DNA of 16,526 nt from a candidate division WOR-3 bacterium. Lineage in GTDB: Bacteria > Hydrothermota > Tepidihabitantia > SM23-42 > JAOAFX01. The notes beneath the pieces were generated by a model. It saw only the letters and a list, made by a program, of their open reading frames with translations. It was not told where the DNA came from and did not search any database. The stretch is taken from contig JBBILZ010000053.1 in NCBI GenBank assembly GCA_037444665.1, forward strand, positions 1 through 16,526. Reading direction: 5' to 3'. The translations under genes were made by a program, and so were the position numbers. This document shows positions 8,064-15,704 of this stretch, piece by piece (the first letter of the stretch is position 1; each line of letters begins with the position of its first letter).

Positions 8064-8092
8064 TAATGGATTTTCGGGGATTGATTAAAATT

Positions 8093-10519
8093 TTAATATT
8101 CTTCAATGTCTTCAAAATTATTCTCTTCTATAGAAGGTCTTTTTTGCTCTGCCCGGTAGTTATTAAAATTGTAACTCAATCCGAACATAATTACTGGGGA
8201 TATTCGCGTAAATTCATTATGGATGTAAAAATTTGTTCCTGTTGTTGTATTATCAAAACCAGCAGTCTTTAAAAGGTCGCGCACCTGAATTGTCATATTC
8301 AAAACCTTCGGAACCAATTCCTGCCTCAAGCCGGTATTGACCATAAAAAATGGTTTACGCTCTCCCTGTGCCATAACTTCAGCACCCTGATACATACCAG
8401 TTATCTGCAATCTTGTGTTTTTACCTATCCTAAATGTGTTCATACTGCGCAATCCCCAAGTCTGGTTCTTTTGTGAAAGAACCTCACCATCAATTACCCC
8501 TTCAATACGGTGTTCGTATAGATTTGCCGAAATATTAAGATTTAGCCATCTAAATGGGGCAAGGTCCAGTGTGGGTTCAATACCATAGGCATAGTCCTTA
8601 CCGATGTTTTCTACGGTAAAAAGCATTATTTCGCTGTTATAAACACTGGTAATATGTTCAATTTTATTGTGGGTGAGACGATAATAGCCATCAATGGCAA
8701 AAAGATTACTACCCCATTGCCTTTGATAACCAAGTTCAAATGCATCAACAAATTCTGGTAATAGATCCGGGTTCCCTCTGCTTATGTGATACGGGTCACG
8801 CTTCATTTCAAATGGCTCAAGGTCAAAATTCCGTGGCCGATTTACTCGCCTTGTATAACTTAACATTATCTGGTCAGCAGGAGGAAATTTATATGAAATA
8901 TGCAGGGTTGGATATATATCAAATCTACGAATATTTGTATTTATGTTTGTATCTGATACATCAATAAAACGGTATGTATATTCTTCTCGTAACCCAAATT
9001 GGTATCCAAAATTTCCTGCCTCACCAGAATAAGTTGTATAAGCAGAATAGATATTATGGATAAAATCAGCACTGTGGTGATATTCTTCTTTGTATTCATA
9101 TTGTTGAGAAAGTGTGTCATATATGTAGACATCCTGATACCCATTACTATAATGAATAATACCCTGCGCGCCTGTTTCTAATTTACCATTTTTGCCTCTT
9201 AGGATATTCGTGGGTCGTGTATAATCAAGATTAAAGATAAGCCTTTTCATTGGACCACTTTCTTCTGATCTCCAGCCACTGGTAATCATTGAATCTAAAT
9301 TACGCATTTCATAAGTTGATTTATCATCTACATCATTCAAATTCATTGTTAATCGTGCTGACAACTTATGGTCTTTATTAAAGTTATAAAGATAGTCACT
9401 ATTTAATGAATAGAAATACCCACCCCGCTTTAACTGGTTATTAGAAAAATACAATGCAGTATCGCCAGGTATTGACCATTTATTATATTCGGCATCATCG
9501 GTATGTTCCATTCCTCTTTTTCTCAACTCAAAATTCATACCGAGCTTACTTTTAGCACTGGCTAAATATTCAATCCCTGTCTTAATACCATAAAATTCTC
9601 TTAACCAGGAATTACTTCCTTCAGTTGTAGAGTAAAAAATTGTATCAGGGGTCCAGGTCTGAGTGCTTTCCTGACGTGTGCCTGGATTCTTAAAATTGTT
9701 ATAATCAATTCCCAAAAATGTGCGTAATTTTTTGTAACGATAGTTTATCAAAAAATCACCAGCATATCTTTGTCCAAATCCTAAATTTGCATTGGCAATC
9801 CCATTGACTCCTGATTCAATATTTTTCCTTGTGATTACATTTATAATACCTGCCAGTCCTTCCGGGTCATAACGGGCAGATGGATTCGTGATAATCTCAA
9901 TTCGGTCAATTGTGCTTGCAGGAATCTGTTGCAAGGCATCGCTTGGTTCAAGTATTGATGGTCGGTTATCAATTAGCACACGAAAATTTGTGCTACCGCG
10001 CAGGCTCACATTGCCTTCAACATCAACTGAGATAGAAGGGATATTCTGTAAAACATCAACCGCAGTTCCAGATTGGCTTGTATAATTTTCTTTTACATTT
10101 ATTACTTTTTTATCAATTTTGAATTCAATTGGCGGTCTTTCAGCCGTTACTTCCACACCCTCAACAAAGATTGGTTTTGGCTCAAGTTTTATGATACCTA
10201 AATTAATAGTGGGTTCCTGCGAGGTAATAACTACAGTATCTATCTTTGTTTCAAAACCAACAAAAGAGAATTCAATAATATAATCTCCGATATTCACCCC
10301 ACCAAGATAGAACTTTCCCATTTCATTCGTTGCCGTGCCGGTAATCTGCTTATGTGCTCTATCATAAAGAATGACATTGACCAGTTCAAGTGGCTCTTCA
10401 CCTGCGGATTCTACAACTGTGCCCATTATCCTACCTGGTCCAGACAGATTACTATTCTGGGCAAAGAGAAAAAAGTTAGTAATTAGTGATATCAATGGTA
10501 TTAAGTAATTTTTAGTCAT
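8093..10519 (-). CDS. TonB-dependent receptor / outer-membrane beta-barrel protein with N-terminal carboxypeptidase-regulatory-like domain and plug
   Basis: GRIMGTV...GTATNEMGKF...SFVGFE domain; plug motifs DVLQNIPSISVDVEGNVSLRG and IDRIEIITNPSARYDPEGLAGIINVIT; barrel motif RGNPDLLPE; last strand FGLSYNF. Start re-called at ATG 10519 (track start 10546 is TTG). Confidence 0.9.
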   Translation of the reverse strand: MTKNYLIPLISLITNFFLFAQNSNLSGPGRIMGTVVESAGEEPLELVNVILYDRAHKQITGTATNEMGKFYLGGVNIGDYIIEFSFVGFETKIDTVVITSQEPTINLGIIKLEPKPIFVEGVEVTAERPPIEFKIDKKVINVKENYTSQSGTAVDVLQNIPSISVDVEGNVSLRGSTNFRVLIDNRPSILEPSDALQQIPASTIDRIEIITNPSARYDPEGLAGIINVITRKNIESGVNGIANANLGFGQRYAGDFLINYRYKKLRTFLGIDYNNFKNPGTRQESTQTWTPDTIFYSTTEGSNSWLREFYGIKTGIEYLASAKSKLGMNFELRKRGMEHTDDAEYNKWSIPGDTALYFSNNQLKRGGYFYSLNSDYLYNFNKDHKLSARLTMNLNDVDDKSTYEMRNLDSMITSGWRSEESGPMKRLIFNLDYTRPTNILRGKNGKLETGAQGIIHYSNGYQDVYIYDTLSQQYEYKEEYHHSADFIHNIYSAYTTYSGEAGNFGYQFGLREEYTYRFIDVSDTNINTNIRRFDIYPTLHISYKFPPADQIMLSYTRRVNRPRNFDLEPFEMKRDPYHISRGNPDLLPEFVDAFELGYQRQWGSNLFAIDGYYRLTHNKIEHITSVYNSEIMLFTVENIGKDYAYGIEPTLDLAPFRWLNLNISANLYEHRIEGVIDGEVLSQKNQTWGLRSMNTFRIGKNTRLQITGMYQGAEVMAQGERKPFFMVNTGLRQELVPKVLNMTIQVRDLLKTAGFDNTTTGTNFYIHNEFTRISPVIMFGLSYNFNNYRAEQKRPSIEENNFEDIEEY

Positions 10520-10528
10520 ATTGAATAA

Positions 10529-10556
10529 GACGCAAAAAACAAGCAAATGGTTTACA
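10529..10556 (-). promoter_or_regulatory. Putative ECF-sigma promoter of the TonB-dependent receptor
   Basis: Minus strand TGTAAAC (10556-10550)-N17-CGTC (10532-10529)-N9-ATG; no SD. Confidence 0.55.
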
Positions 10557-10567
10557 ATATCTTGAAC

Positions 10568-12295
10568 TCACTTTTTGTTATGAAAATTAGCAAGCCATTT
10601 TTTGGCATATTCTGCTTCACCCATGCGGTTGATTGCAATGAGATAATTGATATTATTCGCTACCATCTTTTTCACAAAATCTGCATTGTATTTCAGGCGC
10701 TCGTCATTTATAAATTCTGGTATTGCAAGTTCCAATTTTGAAAAGTCAAATAGCACTGGTGTTCTATCTTTTGTGATGAGATAGTTCAAGCCATAAGGAA
10801 TGCGCAAGTAATCAGGTTTTACCTGGTTTAAATCATTATCTGGAAAGGGTATGGCAAAGAATACGCCGGTCGTCTCTTTTATTTCTACAAATTTTTCAAT
10901 CATTCTTATGTATCTTTCCTGAATTTTGAATGGCTCATATGGTTTGCCATACTCAAACCTATAAAGTTCAACCAGATAATCATTTATTTCTTTCTCCGCC
11001 TTTTTATAAAATTCTGAATATTCATTCCTCAGGTATTTTATATACCAGGTGCGTCTGAGCAACTCTTTATCAATGATGACCAGGTCAGTGCGCACCTTTT
11101 CAACCTCTCTTAAATAGATGGTCGGAGAATAGATATCCCAGTAGGAACAGATTAAAAGGCTATTCTGCGGCAATTGTGCGATATGGGCATAACTGTAATC
11201 AAAACCAAATGTATTATTTCTCAGTGTGCAGTGGGAATAATTTAATAATGGTATAATCATACTTAAGGGAATTGTAATGAACCATTTCAGGTATTTTGCA
11301 AATAATTTCAGTCCGTATAGACTGACAACCAATAACGAAATAAAACCCGGCATATAGTATGATTCAATATCAGGTATTGCATAATTGATTGTATATATAA
11401 AGTTTAAAACAAAGATTATCAAAAATAGCCAGAATTTTTTCCTATCGTTTTTAAATAGCCAGTAAAATCCAGCAAAAATAATAACAATAAACAAATATAA
11501 AAAATTAGTAGTTATCAAAGATATGCCCTGTTTTGCATTATTCAGTATTTCGTTCATAGATAATGAAAACATCCAGACCTGATACTGTTTACCAGTTAAA
11601 TGCCAGAATAGACGCTGTAGATTAAAGGTATTGCCCCAGGCAATCTCTGCATTGCCCAATGTGCGGAATATGAGATAGAGATATGCAGATATACCAATAA
11701 AAGCAAAGGCAAGCCCTGAAGCAATCTTTTTTATATTGAGTTTGTAATTGATGATTGAATATACAAAGATTGGAATCGCAAGGGAAAAGATTATAATGTG
11801 GTTTGTAAATGCCAGCCCCATAAAAAACATTAAACCATAGTAAGTTTTATTATTTTTGAGCGTGAATAAAAAATATAACAAAAGTATACAGAATAGTGTT
11901 GTGAGTGGATAGACTTCATTTGTGATTGCATTTCGCCAGACCACTGGAGAAAAGGCAAACAATGAAATGGCAAAAATAGAACAATGGAATTTATTATCCA
12001 GAATTTTGTTGGCGATAAGATATAAAAATAGTCCTGCAATAACCGAGAAGATTGCAGAAAGTAGGTTCAAATTTATGATTGGCTCACCTGGTAAATGGGC
12101 AAAAAAATAAGATATCAATGTATACAAGGGATAGCCTGTAGGATGGGCAACACCTAATGTATAACTTACTGCTGCAAGTTCTCCAGAATCAATGAGATAA
12201 ATTGTTGGACATAATGAATATAGATAGACCAGAAATATCAAAATTATTGGGCAACAGAGCCAGCCCCAGAATTTTATACGGTTGGCAGGCAACAT
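10568..12295 (-). CDS. DUF2723 / TMEM260-like GT-C membrane glycosyltransferase (putative protein O-glycosyltransferase)
   Basis: Signature PTIYLIDSGEL...LGVAHPTGYPLY, AITNEVY, NH; many TM segments followed by a soluble C-terminal domain. Confidence 0.85.
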   Translation of the reverse strand: MLPANRIKFWGWLCCPIILIFLVYLYSLCPTIYLIDSGELAAVSYTLGVAHPTGYPLYTLISYFFAHLPGEPIINLNLLSAIFSVIAGLFLYLIANKILDNKFHCSIFAISLFAFSPVVWRNAITNEVYPLTTLFCILLLYFLFTLKNNKTYYGLMFFMGLAFTNHIIIFSLAIPIFVYSIINYKLNIKKIASGLAFAFIGISAYLYLIFRTLGNAEIAWGNTFNLQRLFWHLTGKQYQVWMFSLSMNEILNNAKQGISLITTNFLYLFIVIIFAGFYWLFKNDRKKFWLFLIIFVLNFIYTINYAIPDIESYYMPGFISLLVVSLYGLKLFAKYLKWFITIPLSMIIPLLNYSHCTLRNNTFGFDYSYAHIAQLPQNSLLICSYWDIYSPTIYLREVEKVRTDLVIIDKELLRRTWYIKYLRNEYSEFYKKAEKEINDYLVELYRFEYGKPYEPFKIQERYIRMIEKFVEIKETTGVFFAIPFPDNDLNQVKPDYLRIPYGLNYLITKDRTPVLFDFSKLELAIPEFINDERLKYNADFVKKMVANNINYLIAINRMGEAEYAKKWLANFHNKK

Positions 12296-12314
12296 CTATA
12301 TTAAAAGGCAAATT

Positions 12315-12605
12315 TTATATCTTCACAAAGTTCAATCTCAGGTTCGTCAGACGGTTCTGGATATCTTTTTTTTCTTCGTCATTCAGCAAAGATCCCATTA
12401 GTTTAAATAGTGCTTCAATAGCATCAATTGCCAGTCTGGCTTCATTCAAATCTTTTTTTAGCTTCTTTGTCTCAGGATGACCGATCAAACCAAGATATGC
12501 CCATGCCTTTCCTTCAAGCGATAGAATGGTCATAATCAAAATATCTTTGACCGGGACTGGTTCTTCAAGTAAAGGTGCTTCTTGATTATGCTTTTCCTCA
12601 GCCAT
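12315..12605 (-). CDS. DUF1844-family protein
   Basis: AWAYLGLIGHPET...DLNEARLAIDAIEAL...LTNLRLNFV pattern typical of DUF1844. Confidence 0.85.
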   Translation of the reverse strand: MAEEKHNQEAPLLEEPVPVKDILIMTILSLEGKAWAYLGLIGHPETKKLKKDLNEARLAIDAIEALFKLMGSLLNDEEKKDIQNRLTNLRLNFVKI

Positions 12606-12611
12606 AATATT

Positions 12612-12639
12612 ATTATATAAATACCTGCCTTAAAATCAA
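12612..12639 (-). promoter_or_regulatory. sigma70-type promoter of DUF1844-DUF2723, apparently leaderless
   Basis: Minus strand TTGATT (12639-12634)-N16-TATAAT (12617-12612)-N6-ATG (12605); no SD. Confidence 0.7.
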
Positions 12640-12707
12640 GTATTAATTCTGAATTTTACCCACATCTTTTGTTCCATTAACCCACATTATTCATATTCAA
12701 TGCTTGG

Positions 12708-12819
12708 CCTGACGCCAGGTCAGGGTCATTGCGAGCCCTCGCCCATTATCAATGGGCGGGGCGTGGCAATCCCAATTGAGATCTCTCGTTGCACTCGGGA
12801 TGACCCTCTGGGTCAGATT
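12708..12819. repeat. Composite GC-rich palindromic interspersed element (GTCATTGCGAG...CGTGGCAATC...GAGAT...CTCGGGATGAC type)
   Basis: Long stem 12722-12735/12794-12807; inner hairpin CGCCCATT-ATC-AATGGGCG (12740-12758); flanking hairpins CCTGAC/GTCAGG (12708-12724) and TGACCC/GGGTCA (12801-12815); GC-rich island in an AT-rich spacer. Confidence 0.7.
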
Positions 12820-12843
12820 GTAGCGTCCATTTTTAAATGGACG
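12820..12843 (+). repeat. Single GTAG-family REP
   Basis: GTAG + CGTCCATTT-TT-AAATGGACG (9-bp perfect stem). Confidence 0.7.
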
Positions 12844-12901
12844 AAAGATTCCCTCAAACTATTCTTTATTTCAATTGAAAAAATTAAAATACTTCAGGGA
12901 A

Positions 12902-12947
12902 CAATCAAACACTTAAACAATTAAATAATTGTTTAAGTGTTTGATTG
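12902..12947. repeat. Perfect 22-bp AT-rich inverted repeat (possible terminator or cruciform downstream of sppA)
   Basis: CAATCAAACACTTAAACAATTA-AA-TAATTGTTTAAGTGTTTGATTG. Confidence 0.8.
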
Positions 12948-13109
12948 AATTTTTTGTTCTGTGATTTTCAAAAGTATTTTTGTTACCTCTCTGTCAAATT
13001 GAATGCCTGAAAGTTTGTTTAATTCCTCAAACGACTTTTTATTTGTGTTAATTTTCCGATATGCTCTTTTTTAGACCATCGCTTAGAAATTTTTAATAAC
13101 TACATATTT

Positions 13110-15521
13110 TTATTGTTTATTATTTGTTAAAATCTGTTCCAGGGGCATCATCGGCAGGGCATCACCATTGTGTTCGCTGAGAAATTTGAGATAACGCATA
13201 AATTCAAGATAATCATTATTGGCATTGATCAGTTTTGGTTGCAAAATATCAGGAGAGAATAATTGGGGTTTTGGCAATTCCACGATTTTCACCTCAGCAT
13301 CCTTTGGAATTCCAGCCTTTTCTTTGGCAATCATAATTGCCATCTCCAGTCCGCCCAGTGTATCAACCAATCCAATCTTTTTGCCACTCATGCCTGACCA
13401 GACCCTGCCCTGGGCAATCTCTTCAATCTCCTCAGTCTTCATATTTCTGCCTTGTGCCACCTTGAATACAAATTCCTTGTATAGTGTTTTTATCATCATT
13501 TCCATCTTCTGTTTTTCAATGTCGGTGAGATTGCGGTCAGGCAACTGCCCGATAAATGGGAAGACAAATCCAAAACCTAAATCAGCATGTTCACCCTTTT
13601 TGACCAGGTCTGTAGAAAAACCCAATCTCTCTTTTAAATCTTTATTATAGAGCCAGACACCAATTACACCGATAGAACCGGTAATGGTGAGTGGTGAGGC
13701 AATGATGGTATCACCGTACATTGAAAGCCAGTAACCACCAGAACCTGCTACTGCACCCTGGGTTACAATCACTGGTTTCTTTTTCTGGCACTTTTTAATT
13801 GCTTCGGCAATTATATCTGAGGCGAGGGCACTACCACCTGGTGAATCTACCCTGAACACAACTGCCTTAATATCTTTTCTCTCAGTTGCATATTCAAAAT
13901 CTTTGACCAGACTCCGTGCCTTTATGCCTGTATCCATAGCACATTCGCCAATGCCATAAATAATCGCAATCTTTGGTTTTTCACCCCAGTAATTGTCCTT
14001 TGGCAATTGATAATATTCAAGATTCTCTGCAGAAACAAATCTTTGTTTCTTACCTTCAATGGATTTTACCAATTCTTTTACTTCATCCCATCTACCAATC
14101 TTATCAACCAGATGTTTATTTAGGGCATCCTCAGGCAATAAAAAAGTTTCCTGGTCTACGAGTGCATCAAATTGCTCCGGGGTAAATTTTCTTGCATTAC
14201 AGATATCTGTTTTTAGTGTATTGTAGAAATCATCAATGATTGCCTGGCGCTGTTCACGGTCAGCATCTGACATCTTATCACGAGAGAGTGCCTCTGCCGC
14301 AGATTTGTATTTAAAGAATCGCCACTCATCAACACCAATACCAAGTTTATCAAGCGCATTCTTAAAATACATTCTTCCCATAAGCAGACCGGGCAGGACA
14401 ATACTACCTTCCGGGTCAATAACGATGTGGTCCGCGATTGTTGCGAGGTAATAGGTCAGCATTTCTGCCTCGTCAACATATACTACAATATGTTTATCAG
14501 CAGATTTAAAATCTTTTAGTTTTTCTCGCAGTTCCCATAATAGTTCAGCATTAATCTCCATACCCGATGTATTGATGGCAATACCATTGATTGCCGGGTC
14601 ATTTTTGGCACAGTCAATTATCTTGAGCAATGATAATAGGGTATTGCTCTTATCAAATAATAAATAGCGCTGATAATGGAAAGGACCATTCAGGTCAAGT
14701 TCCAGATATTGTTTTTCCAGTGCCCTGAAGATGTTACGGTCATAACCACCCATTCTCAAACCATAAGTATTATAACTATGCTGTTGTTCTGAATCAAAAT
14801 GTAACTGATTGATTGCACCCAATCTACCAAAACTGAAATGCAAACCAGTTGTGAATGAACGATCATTAAAATATCTTGCAGTAAACCTTATGCCAGGCAA
14901 AGGTTCAATTGCAATACCTGTGCTCCAGGGAGCATCTTTCATTTCTATACCTCTTTGAAGGGCATAGTCAATAAACAGTGTAAGTTTTTCATTGCCAAAT
15001 GGTCTTATACCTGCATCAATATATCCTTCCCGCTCTCCACCTGAACTGGCAAATGAGCCGACTATGCCGAGGGAAAAGAATTTCACTGGACGGGACAGCC
15101 AACCGATTTTCCAGATAGCGGGCTGTGATAGCAGGTTAGTATCACTCTTTGACCATTCATAACCAATACCAAGGCTCTGCCTTTTATTCCCCAGTGCAGA
15201 AGAGAAATTATAATTAGTTATTGTGCCCTCAGTAATTTTGTTGTGATTAATGGAAAAGCCCAGATAGGGCAAAGCAGTAAACAGAGCCCAGTGGTCAAAA
15301 TCCTTCCATTCACCAGATTCATCTGACCACATAAATGCAAGGTCAAACTGGTGCACATATGATAATAGGGCAGGATTGTCATAACCATAGAGCCCAACTC
15401 CCATAGCACCAGGTGAAGTTAAGAGAAACCTGTTATGTTCATAAAAAGATGGCACCTGGCTATAACAAAAAAAACCACTCATTAAAACAAATAAGACCGC
15501 AACCCTTCTAAAAATCCCCAT
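13110..15521 (-). CDS. sppA: Signal peptide peptidase SppA (S49, two-domain type) with an extra ~240-aa N-terminal beta-barrel-like domain
   Basis: Catalytic Lys motif KYKSAAE and Ser motif AGSGGYW; RVDSPGGS, TITGSIGV, IAQGRVWSG; strong SD AAGGAGGT (15532-15525). Confidence 0.93.
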   Translation of the reverse strand: MGIFRRVAVLFVLMSGFFCYSQVPSFYEHNRFLLTSPGAMGVGLYGYDNPALLSYVHQFDLAFMWSDESGEWKDFDHWALFTALPYLGFSINHNKITEGTITNYNFSSALGNKRQSLGIGYEWSKSDTNLLSQPAIWKIGWLSRPVKFFSLGIVGSFASSGGEREGYIDAGIRPFGNEKLTLFIDYALQRGIEMKDAPWSTGIAIEPLPGIRFTARYFNDRSFTTGLHFSFGRLGAINQLHFDSEQQHSYNTYGLRMGGYDRNIFRALEKQYLELDLNGPFHYQRYLLFDKSNTLLSLLKIIDCAKNDPAINGIAINTSGMEINAELLWELREKLKDFKSADKHIVVYVDEAEMLTYYLATIADHIVIDPEGSIVLPGLLMGRMYFKNALDKLGIGVDEWRFFKYKSAAEALSRDKMSDADREQRQAIIDDFYNTLKTDICNARKFTPEQFDALVDQETFLLPEDALNKHLVDKIGRWDEVKELVKSIEGKKQRFVSAENLEYYQLPKDNYWGEKPKIAIIYGIGECAMDTGIKARSLVKDFEYATERKDIKAVVFRVDSPGGSALASDIIAEAIKKCQKKKPVIVTQGAVAGSGGYWLSMYGDTIIASPLTITGSIGVIGVWLYNKDLKERLGFSTDLVKKGEHADLGFGFVFPFIGQLPDRNLTDIEKQKMEMMIKTLYKEFVFKVAQGRNMKTEEIEEIAQGRVWSGMSGKKIGLVDTLGGLEMAIMIAKEKAGIPKDAEVKIVELPKPQLFSPDILQPKLINANNDYLEFMRYLKFLSEHNGDALPMMPLEQILTNNKQ

Positions 15522-15544
15522 TTTACCTCCTTTTTAATATATAA

Positions 15545-15570
15545 TACGCCAAACCATCAAAAAAGTTTCA
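15545..15570 (-). promoter_or_regulatory. ECF-sigma (SigW-consensus) promoter of sppA
   Basis: Minus strand TGAAAC (15570-15565)-N16-CGTA (15548-15545), ending 23 nt before the ATG. Confidence 0.7.
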
Positions 15571-15668
15571 ATAAAAATTATTGTGCAGAAGATATTATAA
15601 TGAAATTATACTTATTTGCAAGAAAAATTTCTACTTAATTTTTAATACCTTTTTAAAAATTACAGGTC

Positions 15669-15696
15669 TTGACTGAACAGAAATTTTGATTATAAT
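15669..15696 (+). promoter_or_regulatory. sigma70-type promoter of the 15705 gene, leaderless or nearly so
   Basis: TTGACT (15669-15674)-N16-TATAAT (15691-15696)-N8-ATG (15705); no SD. Confidence 0.7.
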
Positions 15697-15704
15697 ACAC
15701 TATT

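Noticed and set aside
8058..8086. AATCAAT-N15-ATTGATT inverted repeat overlapping the regulator's -35
   Set aside because: Short and AT-only apart from one pair; not distinguishable from background without conservation data.
12656..12687. ACCCACAT direct repeat at 22-bp spacing, resembling DnaA boxes
   Set aside because: Only two copies with 1-2 mismatches to TTATCCACA and no dnaA/oriC context; could be a transcription-factor site but is unsupported.
12869..12880. TTTCAATTGAAA 12-bp palindrome
   Set aside because: Plausible by chance at this AT content; no second copy seen.
12700..12924. 74-aa plus-strand ORF (MLGLTPGQGHCEP...)
   Set aside because: It runs through the palindromic element, the REP and the AT-rich inverted repeat; no SD; best explained as a chance frame across repeats.
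15596..15610. TATAAT-GAA-ATTATA palindrome as a dif site, Fur box or back-to-back promoters
   Set aside because: The centre spacing and right arm do not match dif (no TTATGTTAAAT), the Fur match is poor, and there is no good -35; likely by chance in very AT-rich DNA.
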